Sequence record: PZ502562.2
DNA: 38,725 bases
Direction: 5' to 3' (one strand)
Source: a phage
Shown here: positions 8,594 to 19,929 of the stretch, piece by piece
How the letters are laid out: every line of letters starts with the position of its first letter
How positions within the stretch are numbered: position 1 is the stretch's first letter
Notes under the pieces: generated by a model
Database searches by the model: none
Seen by the model: only the letters and a program-made list of their open reading frames with translations
Told to the model about the DNA's origin: nothing
Made by a program: the position numbers and the translations under genes

Positions 8594-9295
8594 ATGGCTA
8601 AGAAGATTTTCACCTCTGCACTGGGTACTGCCGAACCTTACGCGTACATCGCTAAGCCAGACTACGGTAACGAAGAGCGTGGCTTTGGGAACCCTCGTGG
8701 TATCTTTAAAGTTGACCTGACCATTCCCAACAAAGACCCGCGTTGTCAACGTATGGTCGATGAAATCGTGAAGTGTCACGAAGAGGCTTATGCTGCTGCC
8801 GTTGAGGAATATGAGGCCAACCCACCGGTAGTAGCTCGTGGTAAGAAGAAACCTATTGAACCTTATGAGGGAGACATGCCGTTCATTGATAACGGTGACG
8901 GTACGACTACCTTCAAGTTCAAGTGCTACGCTTCCTTCCAAGACAAGAAGACCAAAGAGACAAAGCACATCAATCTGGTTGTGGTTGACTCCAAAGGTAA
9001 GAAGATGGAAGACGTGCCGATCATTGGTGGCGGCTCCAAGCTGAAAGTCAAGTATTCGCTGGTCCCGTACAAGTGGAACAACGCTGTAGGTGCGAGCGTT
9101 AAGCTGCAATTGGAATCCGTTATGTTGGTCGAACTGGCTACCTTTGGTGGCGGTGAAGACGATTGGGCTGACGAAGTTGAAGAGAACGGCTATGTTGCCT
9201 CTGGTTCTGCCAAAGCGAGCAAACCACGCGACGAAGAAAGCTGGGACGAAGATGACGAAGAGTCCTACGAAGAAGACGAAGACGGAGACTTCTAA
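8594..9295 (+). CDS. 2.5: Single-stranded DNA-binding protein with acidic C-terminal tail
   Basis: 233 aa, near-identical to T7 gp2.5, ending ...DEESWDEDDEESYEEDEDGDF. Confidence 0.97.
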   Translation: MAKKIFTSALGTAEPYAYIAKPDYGNEERGFGNPRGIFKVDLTIPNKDPRCQRMVDEIVKCHEEAYAAAVEEYEANPPVVARGKKKPIEPYEGDMPFIDNGDGTTTFKFKCYASFQDKKTKETKHINLVVVDSKGKKMEDVPIIGGGSKLKVKYSLVPYKWNNAVGASVKLQLESVMLVELATFGGGEDDWADEVEENGYVASGSAKASKPRDEESWDEDDEESYEEDEDGDF

Positions 9296-9751
9296 GTGGC
9301 TGGCGCATACGCTGCGCGTGGTATCCGAAAGGTCGGGACATTCCGTTCCGGCCTAGAAGATAAGGTCTCTAAGCAGCTAGAGGGTAAGGGCATTAAGTTC
9401 GACTATGAACTGTGGAAAATCCCTTACGTTGTCCCTGCGAGCAACCATGTGTATACTCCAGACTTCCTGCTGCCTAACGGAATCTTTATTGAAACCAAAG
9501 GTTTATGGGAGAGTGACGACCGAAAGAAACACTTATTGATTCGCGAACAGTTTCCCGAACTGGACATCCGTCTGGTATTTTCAAGCTCACGTACCAAGCT
9601 GTATAAAGGGTCTCCGACCAGTTACGGCGAATGGTGTGAGAAGCACGGTATTCTGTTTGCTGACAAATTAATTCCTGTAGAATGGCTCAAAGAACCTAAA
9701 AAGGAGGTGCCATTTGACAAGTTAAAGCAATCTAAGGGAGGAAAGAAATAA
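9296..9751 (+). CDS. 3: Endonuclease I (Holliday-junction resolvase)
   Basis: 151 aa, collinear with T7 gp3; GTG start directly after the gene 2.5 stop. Confidence 0.92.
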   Translation: MAGAYAARGIRKVGTFRSGLEDKVSKQLEGKGIKFDYELWKIPYVVPASNHVYTPDFLLPNGIFIETKGLWESDDRKKHLLIREQFPELDIRLVFSSSRTKLYKGSPTSYGEWCEKHGILFADKLIPVEWLKEPKKEVPFDKLKQSKGGKK

Positions 9752-10206
9752 TGGCTCGTGTACAGTTTAAACCGCGTGAATCTACTGACGCAATCTTTGT
9801 CCACTGCTCGGCTACCAAACCAAGCCAGAATGTAGGTGTCCGTGAGATTCGTCAGTGGCATAAAGAGCAAGGTTGGCTTGATGTGGGGTATCACTTTATC
9901 ATCAAGCGCGATGGGACCGTGGAGGAAGGCCGAGATGAGATGGCTGTAGGCTCTCACGTTAAGGGCCACAATCACAACTCTATTGGTGTCTGCCTTGTAG
10001 GCGGTATCGACGATAAAGGTAAGTTCGAAGCTAACTTTACGCCAGCCCAAATGCAATCCCTTCGCTCACTTCTTGTCACACTGCTGGCTAAGTACGAAGG
10101 CGCTGTACTTCGAGCGCATCACGATGTGGCACCTAAGGCTTGCCCTTCGTTCGACCTTAAGCGTTGGTGGGAGAAGAACGAACTGGTCACTTCTGACCGT
10201 GGATAA
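9751..10206 (+). CDS. 3.5: T7 lysozyme (N-acetylmuramoyl-L-alanine amidase; RNAP inhibitor)
   Basis: 151 aa, near-identical to T7 gp3.5. Confidence 0.97.
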   Translation: MARVQFKPRESTDAIFVHCSATKPSQNVGVREIRQWHKEQGWLDVGYHFIIKRDGTVEEGRDEMAVGSHVKGHNHNSIGVCLVGGIDDKGKFEANFTPAQMQSLRSLLVTLLAKYEGAVLRAHHDVAPKACPSFDLKRWWEKNELVTSDRG

Positions 10207-10207
10207 T

Positions 10208-10230
10208 TAATTGAACTCACTAAAGGGAGA
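10208..10230 (+). promoter_or_regulatory. T7-RNAP promoter phi3.8-like
   Basis: TAATTGAACTCACTAAAGGGAGA, the divergent promoter found upstream of gene 3.8 in T7; here it is followed directly by gene 4. Confidence 0.75.
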
Positions 10231-10262
10231 CCACAACGGTTTCCCTTTGTTCGCATTGTTGA

Positions 10263-11981
<1,719 letters not shown>

Positions 11982-12045
11982 TGTGAACCCATATGGACAC
12001 AGACCGGACGATTCGTGTCTGTGCTCCTATTGTGTATTCAGAAAT

Positions 12046-12068
12046 CAATATAACTCACTAAAAGGAGA
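12046..12068 (+). promoter_or_regulatory. T7-RNAP promoter phi4.3-like
   Basis: CAATATAACTCACTAAAAGGAGA, 18/23 match to consensus, 7 nt upstream of the gene 4.3 ATG. Confidence 0.5.
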
Positions 12069-12074
12069 CACATC

Positions 12075-12287
12075 ATGTTCAAACTGATTAAGAAATTAGG
12101 CCAACTGCTGGTCCGTATGTACAACATGGAAGCCAAGCGTCTGAACGATGAGGCTCGTAAAGAGTCCACTCAGTCACGCGCTCTGGCTATTCGAGCCAAC
12201 GAACTGGCTGACAGTGCATCCAATAAGGTTACAGAAGCTGCCCGTGTAGCCAACCAAGCCCAGCAACTTTCCAAATTCTTTGAGTAA
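12075..12287 (+). CDS. 4.3: Gene 4.3 protein
   Basis: 70 aa, MFKLIKKLGQLLVRMYNMEAKRLNDEARKE..., collinear with T7 gp4.3. Confidence 0.9.
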   Translation: MFKLIKKLGQLLVRMYNMEAKRLNDEARKESTQSRALAIRANELADSASNKVTEAARVANQAQQLSKFFE

Positions 12288-12306
12288 TCAAATAGGAGAA
12301 ACCATT

Positions 12307-12576
12307 ATGTCAAACGTAGCTGAAACTATCCGTCTATCCGATACCGCTGACCAGTGGAACCGTCGAGTCCACATCAACGTTCGAAACGGTAAGGCGACTA
12401 TGGTTTACCGCTGGAAGGACTCTAAGTCCTCTAAGAATCACACTCAGCGTATGACGTTGACAGACGAGCAAGCACTGCGTCTGGTCAATGCGCTTACCAA
12501 AGCTGCCGTGACAGCAATACATGAAGCTGGTCGCGTCAATGAAGCTATGGCTATCCTCGACAAGATTGATAGCTAA
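12307..12576 (+). CDS. 4.5: Gene 4.5 protein
   Basis: 89 aa from ATG 12307 (MSNVAETIRLSDTADQWNRRVHINVRNGKATMVYRWK...) with RBS AGGAGA; the ORF track extends to a TTG at 12280. Confidence 0.9.
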   Translation: MSNVAETIRLSDTADQWNRRVHINVRNGKATMVYRWKDSKSSKNHTQRMTLTDEQALRLVNALTKAAVTAIHEAGRVNEAMAILDKIDS

Positions 12577-12581
12577 GAGTG

Positions 12582-12620
12582 GTATACTCAAGGTCGCCCA
12601 AGTGGTGGCCTTCATGAATA
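12582..12620 (+). promoter_or_regulatory. Putative RNase III site (R4.7-like)
   Basis: GTATACTCAAGGTCGCCCAAGTGGTGGCCTTCATGAATAC hairpin. Confidence 0.45.
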
Positions 12621-12643
12621 CTATTCGACTCACTATAGGAGAT
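12621..12643 (+). promoter_or_regulatory. T7-RNAP promoter phi4.7
   Basis: CTATTCGACTCACTATAGGAGAT, +1 G at 12638. Confidence 0.75.
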
Positions 12644-12649
12644 ATTATC

Positions 12650-13057
12650 ATGCGTGACCCTAAAGTTATCCAAGCAGAAATCGCTAAACTGGAAGCTGAA
12701 CTCGAAGACGTTAAGTACCATGAGGCCAAGACTCGCTCAGCCGTTCACATTTTGAAGAACTTAGGGTGGACTTGGACACGTCAGACTGGATGGAAGAAAC
12801 CAGAAGTTTCCAAGCTGAGCCATAAGGTGTTCGATAAGGACACCATGACCCACATCAAGGCTAGTGATTGGGTTAAGGTTGACATGGGAGTTGTTGGTGG
12901 GTATGGCTACGTCCGCTCAGTGAGTGGTAAATATGCACAAGTGTCATACATCACAGGCGTTACTCCACGAGGAGCAATCGTTGCCGATAAGACCCACACG
13001 ATTCACACAGGCTTCTTGACAGTTGTCTCGTATGAAGAGATTGCTAAGTCACGATAA
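12650..13057 (+). CDS. 4.7: Gene 4.7 protein
   Basis: 135 aa from ATG 12650 (MRDPKVIQAEIAKLEAELEDVKYHEAK...); the ORF track extends upstream to 12521. Confidence 0.9.
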   Translation: MRDPKVIQAEIAKLEAELEDVKYHEAKTRSAVHILKNLGWTWTRQTGWKKPEVSKLSHKVFDKDTMTHIKASDWVKVDMGVVGGYGYVRSVSGKYAQVSYITGVTPRGAIVADKTHTIHTGFLTVVSYEEIAKSR

Positions 13058-13075
13058 TCAATAGGAGAAATCAAT

Positions 13076-15190
13076 ATGATCGTTTCTGACATCGAAGCTA
13101 ACGCCCTCTTAGAGAGCGTCACTAAGTTCCACTGCGGGGTTATCTACGACTACTCCACCGCTGAGTACGTAAGCTACCGTCCGAGTGACTTCGGTGCGTA
13201 TCTGGATGCGCTGGAAGCCGAGGTTGCACGAGGCGGTCTTATTGTGTTCCACAACGGTCACAAGTATGACGTTCCTGCATTGACCAAACTGGCAAAGCTA
13301 CAGTTGAACCGAGAGTTCCACCTACCTCGTGAGAACTGTATTGACACACTTGTATTGTCACGCTTGATTCACTCTAACCTTAAGGACACCGATATGGGTC
13401 TTCTGCGTTCCGGTAAGTTGCCTGGGAAACGCTTTGGGTCTCACGCTCTGGAGGCGTGGGGTTATCGCTTAGGCGAGATGAAGGGTGAATACAAGGAAGA
13501 CTTTAAGCGTATGCTTGAAGAGCAAGGTGAAGAATACGTTGACGGAATGGAATGGTGGAACTTCAACGAAGAGATGATGGCCTATAACGTTCAGGACGTT
13601 GTGGTCACTAAGGCTCTCCTTGAGAAGCTACTCTCTGACAAACATTACTTCCCTCCTGAGATTGACTTTACGGACGTAGGGTACACTACGTTCTGGTCAG
13701 AATCCCTTGAGGCCGTTGACGTTGAACATCGTGCTGCATGGCTACTCGCTAAGCAGGAACGAAATGGGTTCCCATTTGACACCAAGGCAATCGAAGAGTT
13801 GTACGTAGAGTTAGCTGCTCGTCGCTCAGAGTTGTTGCGTAAGCTGACCGAAACGTTCGGCTCGTGGTATCAACCTAAAGGTGGCACCGAAATGTTCTGC
13901 CATCCGAGGACTGGTAAGCCACTGCCTAAATACCCTCGCATTAAGACACCTAAAGTTGGTGGTATCTTTAAGAAGCCTAAGAACAAGGCACAGCGAGAAG
14001 GCCGAGAGCCTTGTGAACTGGATACCCGTGAGTACGTTGCTGGTGCCCCATATACTCCGGTAGAGCACGTAGTGTTTAACCCTTCGTCCCGTGACCACAT
14101 TCAGAAGAAACTTCAAGAGGCTGGATGGGTCCCCACGAAGTACACCGATAAGGGTGCTCCTGTGGTGGACGATGAGGTACTCGAAGGAGTACGTGTAGAT
14201 GACCCTGAGAAGCAAGCCGCTATCGACCTCATTAAAGAATACTTGATGATTCAGAAGCGAATCGGACAGTCTGCTGAGGGAGACAAGGCGTGGCTTCGTT
14301 ACGTTGCTGAGGATGGTAAAATTCATGGTTCTGTTAATCCCAACGGCGCTGTTACTGGGCGCGCTACTCACGCTTTCCCTAACCTCGCACAGGTACCCGG
14401 TGTCCGTTCTCCTTATGGTGATAAGTGCCGCTCTGCTTTTGGCGCTGAACATCACCTAGACGGTGTTACTGGTAAGCCTTGGGTTCAGGCAGGTATCGAC
14501 GCCTCCGGTCTGGAGCTACGCTGCTTGGCTCACTTTATGGCTCGCTTTGATAACGGTGAGTATGTTCGCGAGATTCTTCATGGCGACATCCACACTAAGA
14601 ACCAGATTGCTGCCGAATTACCTACCCGTGACAATGCTAAGACGTTCATCTATGGATTCCTCTATGGTGCTGGTGATGAGAAGATTGGGCAGATTGTTGG
14701 TGCTGGTAAAGAGCGCGGTAAGGAACTCAAGAAGAAATTCCTTGAGAATACACCTGCGATTGCAGCACTCCGCGAGTCTATCCAACAGAAACTTGTCGAG
14801 TCCTCTCAGTGGGTAGCTGGTGAACAGCAAGTCAAGTGGAAACGTCGCTGGATTAAAGGTCTGGATGGTCGTAAGGTACACGTCCGTAGTCCTCACGCTG
14901 CCCTGAATACCCTACTGCAATCCGCTGGTGCTCTCATCTGCAAACTGTGGATTATCAAGACCGAAGAGATGCTCGTAGAGAAAGGCTTGAAGCATGGTTG
15001 GGATGGGGACTTTGCGTACATGGCATGGGTACATGACGAAATCCAAGTAGGTTGCCGTACCGAAGAGATTGCTCAGGTGGTCATTGAGACTGCACAGGAA
15101 GCGATGCGCTGGGTAGGAGACCACTGGAACTTCCGGTGTCTTCTAGATACCGAAGGTAAGATTGGTCCTAATTGGGCCGTATGTCACTGA
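13076..15190 (+). CDS. 5: DNA polymerase (family A) with 3'-5' exonuclease and thioredoxin-binding region
   Basis: 704 aa, near-identical to T7 gp5. Confidence 0.99.
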   Translation: MIVSDIEANALLESVTKFHCGVIYDYSTAEYVSYRPSDFGAYLDALEAEVARGGLIVFHNGHKYDVPALTKLAKLQLNREFHLPRENCIDTLVLSRLIHSNLKDTDMGLLRSGKLPGKRFGSHALEAWGYRLGEMKGEYKEDFKRMLEEQGEEYVDGMEWWNFNEEMMAYNVQDVVVTKALLEKLLSDKHYFPPEIDFTDVGYTTFWSESLEAVDVEHRAAWLLAKQERNGFPFDTKAIEELYVELAARRSELLRKLTETFGSWYQPKGGTEMFCHPRTGKPLPKYPRIKTPKVGGIFKKPKNKAQREGREPCELDTREYVAGAPYTPVEHVVFNPSSRDHIQKKLQEAGWVPTKYTDKGAPVVDDEVLEGVRVDDPEKQAAIDLIKEYLMIQKRIGQSAEGDKAWLRYVAEDGKIHGSVNPNGAVTGRATHAFPNLAQVPGVRSPYGDKCRSAFGAEHHLDGVTGKPWVQAGIDASGLELRCLAHFMARFDNGEYVREILHGDIHTKNQIAAELPTRDNAKTFIYGFLYGAGDEKIGQIVGAGKERGKELKKKFLENTPAIAALRESIQQKLVESSQWVAGEQQVKWKRRWIKGLDGRKVHVRSPHAALNTLLQSAGALICKLWIIKTEEMLVEKGLKHGWDGDFAYMAWVHDEIQVGCRTEEIAQVVIETAQEAMRWVGDHWNFRCLLDTEGKIGPNWAVCH

Positions 15191-15209
15191 TTCTATAGGA
15201 GAAATTATT

Positions 15210-15509
15210 ATGGCTATGACCAAGAAATTTAAAGTGTCCTTCGACGTTACCGCTAAGATGACATCTGACGTTCAGGCAATCTTAGAGAAAGATATACTGC
15301 ACCTGTGTAAGCAGGTTGGCTCCGGTGCTATTGTTCCTAACGGCAAGCAGAAAGAGATGATTGTTCAGTTCCTGACCCATGGTATGGAAGGAGTGATGGC
15401 CTTAATTGTGCGCACAGCTTTCCGCGAGGCTATCAAAGATATGCACGAAGAGTATGCCGATAAGGACTCATTCAAGCTATCTCCAGCCACTGTACGGGAG
15501 GTGTTCTAA
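15210..15509 (+). CDS. 5.5: Gene 5.5 protein (H-NS-binding in T7)
   Basis: 99 aa from ATG 15210 (MAMTKKFKVSFDVTAKMTSDVQAILEKD...); it follows gene 5 directly. Confidence 0.9.
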   Translation: MAMTKKFKVSFDVTAKMTSDVQAILEKDILHLCKQVGSGAIVPNGKQKEMIVQFLTHGMEGVMALIVRTAFREAIKDMHEEYADKDSFKLSPATVREVF

Positions 15510-15718
15510 TGTCCGACTATCTGAAAGTGCTGCAAGCAATCAAAAGTTGCCCTAAGACTTTCCAGTCCAACTATGTACGGAACAATGCGAGCCTAGTAGC
15601 TGAGGCCGCTTCCCGTGGTCACATCTCATGTCTGACTACAAGCGGACGAAACGGTGGTGCTTGGGAAATCACTGCTTCTGGTACTCGCTTTCTGAAACGA
15701 ATGGGAGGGTGTGTCTGA
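15509..15718 (+). CDS. 5.7: Gene 5.7 protein
   Basis: 69 aa, MSDYLKVLQAIKSCPKTFQSNYVRNNASLVAEAASRGH...; start overlaps the 5.5 stop. Confidence 0.9.
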   Translation: MSDYLKVLQAIKSCPKTFQSNYVRNNASLVAEAASRGHISCLTTSGRNGGAWEITASGTRFLKRMGGCV

Positions 15719-15876
15719 TGGTACGTGACACTGTAACAATTCCTCGTGATGCGTGGAACGATATGCAGGGTTATATTGATTCTCTGGAACGTGAGAACGA
15801 TAGCCTTAAGAACCAACTTATGGAAGCTGACGAATACGTGGCTGAGCTAGAGGAGAAACTTAATGGCGCTTCTTGA
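15718..15876 (+). CDS. 5.9: Gene 5.9 protein (RecBCD inhibitor in T7)
   Basis: 52 aa from ATG 15718 (MVRDTVTIPRDAWNDMQGYIDSLERENDSLKNQLMEADEYVAELEEKLNGAS); ATG overlaps the 5.7 stop. Confidence 0.85.
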   Translation: MVRDTVTIPRDAWNDMQGYIDSLERENDSLKNQLMEADEYVAELEEKLNGAS

Positions 15877-16765
15877 CCTTAAACAATTCTATGAGTTACG
15901 CGAAGGCTGTGACGACAAAGGTATCCTTGTGATGGATGGTGACTGGCTGGTCTTCCAAGCTATGAGTGCTGCTGAGTTTGACGCCTCATGGGAAGAAGAG
16001 ATTTGGCACCGCTGCTGTGACCATGCCAATGCCCGTCAGATTCTGGAGGATTCCATCAAGTCCTATGAGACCCGTAAGAAGGCTTGGGTAGGTGCTCCGA
16101 TTGTCCTTGCGTTCACAGATAGCGTTAACTGGCGTAAAGAACTGGTTGACCCGAACTACAAGGCTAACCGTAAGGCAACTAAGAAACCTGTAGGTTACTT
16201 TGAGTTCCTTGATGCTCTCTTTGAGCGCGAAGAGTTCTATTGCATCCGTGAGCCTATGCTTGAGGGTGATGACGTTATGGGAGTTATTGCTTCCAACCCG
16301 TCTGCATTCGGTGCGCGTAAGGCTGTAATCATCTCGTGCGATAAGGACTTTAAGACCATCCCTAACTGCGACTTCCTGTGGTGTACAACTGGTAACATCC
16401 TGACTCAGACCGAAGAGTCCGCTGATTGGTGGCACCTCTTCCAGACCATCAAAGGTGACATTACCGATGGTTACTCAGGGATTGCCGGATGGGGCGATAC
16501 AGCCGAGGACTTCTTGAATAACCCGTTCATAACCGAGCCTAAAACGTCTGTGCTTAAGTCTGGAAAGAACAAAGGACAAGAGGTCACCAAGTGGGTTAAG
16601 CGCGCCCCTGAGCCTCATGAGACGCTTTGGGACTGCATTAAGTCCATCGGTGCGAAGGCAGGTATGACCGAAGAGGATGTTATCAAGCAGGCACAGATGG
16701 CTCGCATCCTGCGGTTCAATGAGTACAACTTTATTGACAAGGAGATTTACCTGTGGAGACCGTAG
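15863..16765 (+). CDS. 6: 5'-3' exonuclease
   Basis: 300 aa, near-identical to T7 gp6. Confidence 0.98.
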   Translation: MALLDLKQFYELREGCDDKGILVMDGDWLVFQAMSAAEFDASWEEEIWHRCCDHANARQILEDSIKSYETRKKAWVGAPIVLAFTDSVNWRKELVDPNYKANRKATKKPVGYFEFLDALFEREEFYCIREPMLEGDDVMGVIASNPSAFGARKAVIISCDKDFKTIPNCDFLWCTTGNILTQTEESADWWHLFQTIKGDITDGYSGIAGWGDTAEDFLNNPFITEPKTSVLKSGKNKGQEVTKWVKRAPEPHETLWDCIKSIGAKAGMTEEDVIKQAQMARILRFNEYNFIDKEIYLWRP

Positions 16766-16866
16766 CATATATCGGCATTGGTATTTGTGCCCTCGGAATG
16801 GGCCTCATTGCGTGGGGCCTCTGGGATTTAGCCAGAATAATCAAGGCGTTACAAGACTCTAAGTGA
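16753..16866 (+). CDS. 6.3: Gene 6.3 small membrane protein (37 aa), GTG start
   Basis: Frame overlapping the gene 6 stop: (M)ETVAYIGIGICALGMGLIAWGLWDLARIIKALQDSK. Confidence 0.55.
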   Translation: METVAYIGIGICALGMGLIAWGLWDLARIIKALQDSK

Positions 16867-16886
16867 TAAACTCAAGGTCCCTAAAT
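16862..16886 (+). promoter_or_regulatory. Putative RNase III site (R6.5-like), 5' half
   Basis: AAGTGATAAACTCAAGGTCCC motif; the hairpin partner GGGGCCTTTATGATTATT lies just after the phi6.5 promoter. Confidence 0.4.
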
Positions 16887-16909
16887 TAATACGACTCACT
16901 ATAGGGAGA
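16887..16909 (+). promoter_or_regulatory. T7-RNAP promoter phi6.5
   Basis: TAATACGACTCACTATAGGGAGA, exact consensus, +1 G at 16904. Confidence 0.9.
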
Positions 16910-16963
16910 TAGGGGCCTTTATGATTATTACTTTAAGATTTAACTATAAGAGGAATCGTTATT

Positions 16964-17218
16964 ATGTTAACACCTATTAGCCAATTACTTAAGAACCCTA
17001 ACGATATTCCAGACGTGCCTCGTGCAACCGCTGAGTATCTACAGGTTCGATTCAACCACGCGTATCTCGAAGCGTCTGGTCATATAGGATTTATGCGTGC
17101 TAGTGGTTGTAGTGAAGCCCACATCTTGGGTTTCATTCAGGGCCTACAGTATGCCTCTAACATCATTGACGAGATTGAGATGCGCAAGGAACAACTAAGA
17201 GAAGATGGGGAGGATTGA
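16964..17218 (+). CDS. 6.5: Gene 6.5 protein
   Basis: 84 aa, [40 protein letters not shown]..., collinear with T7 gp6.5. Confidence 0.9.
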   Translation: MLTPISQLLKNPNDIPDVPRATAEYLQVRFNHAYLEASGHIGFMRASGCSEAHILGFIQGLQYASNIIDEIEMRKEQLREDGED

Positions 17219-17222
17219 CCTT

Positions 17223-17489
17223 ATGTGTTTCTCACCGAAAGTTAAAGTTCCGAAGATGGATACTAATCAGGTTCGAGCCGTTGAGCCAGCACCTCTGACC
17301 CAAGAAGTCTCAGGTGTGGAGTTCGGTGGGTCTTCTGATGAGACGGATACCGAGGGCACCGAAGTGTCTGGACGCAAAGACCTCAAGGTCGAACGCGATG
17401 ACTCCGTAGCGAAGTCTAAAGCCGCTGGTTCTGGCTCCGCTCGTATGAAATCTTCAATCCGTAAGTCTGCATTCGGAGGTAAGAAGTAA
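17223..17489 (+). CDS. 6.7: Gene 6.7 virion protein
   Basis: 88 aa from ATG 17223 (MCFSPKVKVPKMDTNQVRAVEPAPLTQEV...); the ORF track extends to 17205. Confidence 0.9.
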   Translation: MCFSPKVKVPKMDTNQVRAVEPAPLTQEVSGVEFGGSSDETDTEGTEVSGRKDLKVERDDSVAKSKAAGSGSARMKSSIRKSAFGGKK

Positions 17490-17890
17490 TGTCTGAGTTC
17501 ATATGTGTGGAAGCCAAAAGTCGATTCCGTGCAATCCAGTGGACTGTAGAGCACCTTGGGTTGCCTAAGGGATTCGAAGGACACTTTATTGGCTACAGCC
17601 TCTACGTTGACGAAGTTATGGACATGTCTGGTTGCCGTGAAGAGTACATTCTGGACTCTACTGGAAAACATGTAGCGTACTTAGCGTGGTGCGTAAGCTG
17701 TGACATTCACCATAAAGGTGACATTCTGGATATAACGTCCGTTGTCATTAATCCTGAGGCAGACTCTAAGGGCTTACAGCGATTCCTTGCGAAACGCTTT
17801 AAGTGCCTTGCAGAACTCAACGATTGCTACTGGGTGTCTCGTTGTAAGCATGAAGGCGATACAATGCGTGTATACTTTAAGGAGATATAA
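17489..17890 (+). CDS. 7: Gene 7 protein (host-range/virion protein)
   Basis: 133 aa, MSEFICVEAKSRFRAIQWTVEHLGLPKGFEGHF..., collinear with T7 gp7. Confidence 0.9.
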   Translation: MSEFICVEAKSRFRAIQWTVEHLGLPKGFEGHFIGYSLYVDEVMDMSGCREEYILDSTGKHVAYLAWCVSCDIHHKGDILDITSVVINPEADSKGLQRFLAKRFKCLAELNDCYWVSRCKHEGDTMRVYFKEI

Positions 17891-17893
17891 GTT

Positions 17894-18205
17894 ATGGGTA
17901 AGAAAATTAAGAAGGCCGTGAAGAAAGTCACTAAGTCCGTTAAGAAAGTCGTTAAAGAAGTGGCTCGTCCGGTTAAACAGGTTGCTGGTGGCATTGCCGG
18001 TCTTGCTGGTGGTGCTGGTGAAGCACAGGTAGTGGAAGTGCCACAAGCTGCTGCAACTCCAGCTGCACAGATTGTTGACGTACCTGAGAAAGAGGTTTCC
18101 ACTGAGGATGAAGCACAGACCGAAAGCGGACGTAAGAAAGCCCGTGCTGGTGGTAAGAAGTCCTTGAGCGTGGCTCGCAGCTCCGGTGGCGGCATCAACA
18201 TTTAA
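17894..18205 (+). CDS. 7.3: Gene 7.3 tail-associated protein
   Basis: 103 aa, Lys-rich N-terminus MGKKIKKAVKKVTKSVKKVVKEVARPVKQ..., collinear with T7 gp7.3. Confidence 0.9.
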   Translation: MGKKIKKAVKKVTKSVKKVVKEVARPVKQVAGGIAGLAGGAGEAQVVEVPQAAATPAAQIVDVPEKEVSTEDEAQTESGRKKARAGGKKSLSVARSSGGGINI

Positions 18206-18219
18206 GCAGGAGGTGACAC

Positions 18220-19830
18220 ATGGCTGAGAAGCGTACAGGTCTAGCCGAGGAAGGAGCAAAGTCGGTCTATGAGCGATTGAAGAACGACCGTGCACCCTAT
18301 GAGACTCGCGCCCAAAACTGCGCTCAGTACACCATTCCGTCCCTCTTCCCTAAGGATTCCGATAACTCATCCACAGACTACACAACTCCGTGGCAAGCTG
18401 TTGGTGCTCGCGGTCTCAATAACTTGGCCTCTAAGCTCATGCTGGCTCTCTTCCCGATGCAAACGTGGATGAAACTGACCATCTCTGAATATGAGGCCAA
18501 ACAGTTACTGAACGACCCCGATGGACTCGCTAAGGTCGATGAGGGTCTCTCGATGGTAGAGCGTATCATCATGAACTACATTGAGTCTAACAGCTACCGA
18601 GTGACACTCTTTGAGGCGCTCAAGCAGTTAGTCGTAGCTGGGAACGTCCTACTGTACCTACCGGAACCAGAAGGGTCGAACTATAACCCCATGAAGCTGT
18701 ACCGATTGTCTTCTTATGTGGTCCAAAGAGACGCATTCGGCAACGTTCTGCAAATGGTGACTCGTGACCAGATAGCTTTTGGTGCTCTCCCTGAGGACAT
18801 CCGTAAGGCTGTAGAAGGTCAAGGCGGTGAGAAGAAACCTGATGAGACCATCGACGTGTACACTCACATCTATCTGGATGAGGACAAAGGTGAATACCTC
18901 CGGTACGAAGAGGTTGAAGGTATGGAGGTACAAGGCTCCGATGGGTCTTACCCTAAAGAGGCTTGCCCGTACATCCCGATTCGGATGGTTCGACTGGACG
19001 GCGAATCCTATGGTCGTTCGTACATTGAGGAATACTTAGGTGACTTACGGTCCCTTGAGAATCTCCAAGAGGCCATCGTTAAGATGTCAATGATTAGCTC
19101 TAAGGTTATCGGCTTAGTGAACCCTGCTGGCATCACCCAGCCACGCCGACTGACCAAAGCTCAGACTGGTGACTTCGTTACTGGTCGTCCAGAAGACATC
19201 TCGTTCCTCCAACTGGAGAAGCAAGCAGACTTTACCGTAGCCAAGGCTGTCAGTGACGCTATTGAGGCTCGCCTTTCGTTTGCCTTTATGTTGAACTCTG
19301 CGGTTCAGCGCACAGGTGAACGTGTGACCGCCGAAGAGATTCGGTACGTAGCTTCTGAACTTGAAGATACTTTAGGTGGTGTCTACTCCATCCTTTCTCA
19401 AGAATTACAATTGCCTCTGGTACGAGTGCTCTTGAAGCAACTACAAGCCACGCAACAGATTCCTGAGTTACCTAAGGAAGCCGTAGAGCCAACCATTAGT
19501 ACAGGTCTGGAAGCAATCGGTCGAGGACAAGACCTTGATAAGCTGGAGCGGTGTGTCACTGCGTGGGCTGCACTGGCGCCTATGCGCGATGACCCTGACA
19601 TCAACCTTGCAATTATTAAGTTGCGCATTGCGAACGCTATCGGTATTGACACTTCTGGTATTCTTCTCACCGAAGAACAGAAGCAACAGAAGATGGCTCA
19701 ACAGGCTATGCAAATGGGTATGGATAATGGTGCTGCGGCGCTAGGTCAAGGTATGGCTGCACAGGCTACAGCTTCACCTGAGGCTATGGCTGCTGCCGCT
19801 GATTCCGTAGGTTTACAGCCGGGCATTTAA
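18220..19830 (+). CDS. 8: Portal (head-to-tail connector) protein
   Basis: 536 aa, near-identical to T7 gp8. Confidence 0.98.
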   Translation: MAEKRTGLAEEGAKSVYERLKNDRAPYETRAQNCAQYTIPSLFPKDSDNSSTDYTTPWQAVGARGLNNLASKLMLALFPMQTWMKLTISEYEAKQLLNDPDGLAKVDEGLSMVERIIMNYIESNSYRVTLFEALKQLVVAGNVLLYLPEPEGSNYNPMKLYRLSSYVVQRDAFGNVLQMVTRDQIAFGALPEDIRKAVEGQGGEKKPDETIDVYTHIYLDEDKGEYLRYEEVEGMEVQGSDGSYPKEACPYIPIRMVRLDGESYGRSYIEEYLGDLRSLENLQEAIVKMSMISSKVIGLVNPAGITQPRRLTKAQTGDFVTGRPEDISFLQLEKQADFTVAKAVSDAIEARLSFAFMLNSAVQRTGERVTAEEIRYVASELEDTLGGVYSILSQELQLPLVRVLLKQLQATQQIPELPKEAVEPTISTGLEAIGRGQDLDKLERCVTAWAALAPMRDDPDINLAIIKLRIANAIGIDTSGILLTEEQKQQKMAQQAMQMGMDNGAAALGQGMAAQATASPEAMAAAADSVGLQPGI

Positions 19831-19850
19831 TACGACTCACTATAGGGAGA
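19828..19850 (+). promoter_or_regulatory. T7-RNAP class III promoter phi9
   Basis: TAATACGACTCACTATAGGGAGA, exact consensus, overlapping the gene 8 stop. Confidence 0.9.
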
Positions 19851-19929
19851 CCTCATCTTTGAAATGAGCGATGACAAGAGGTTGGAGTCCTCGGTCTTCC
19901 TATAGTTTAACTTTAAGGAGACAATAATA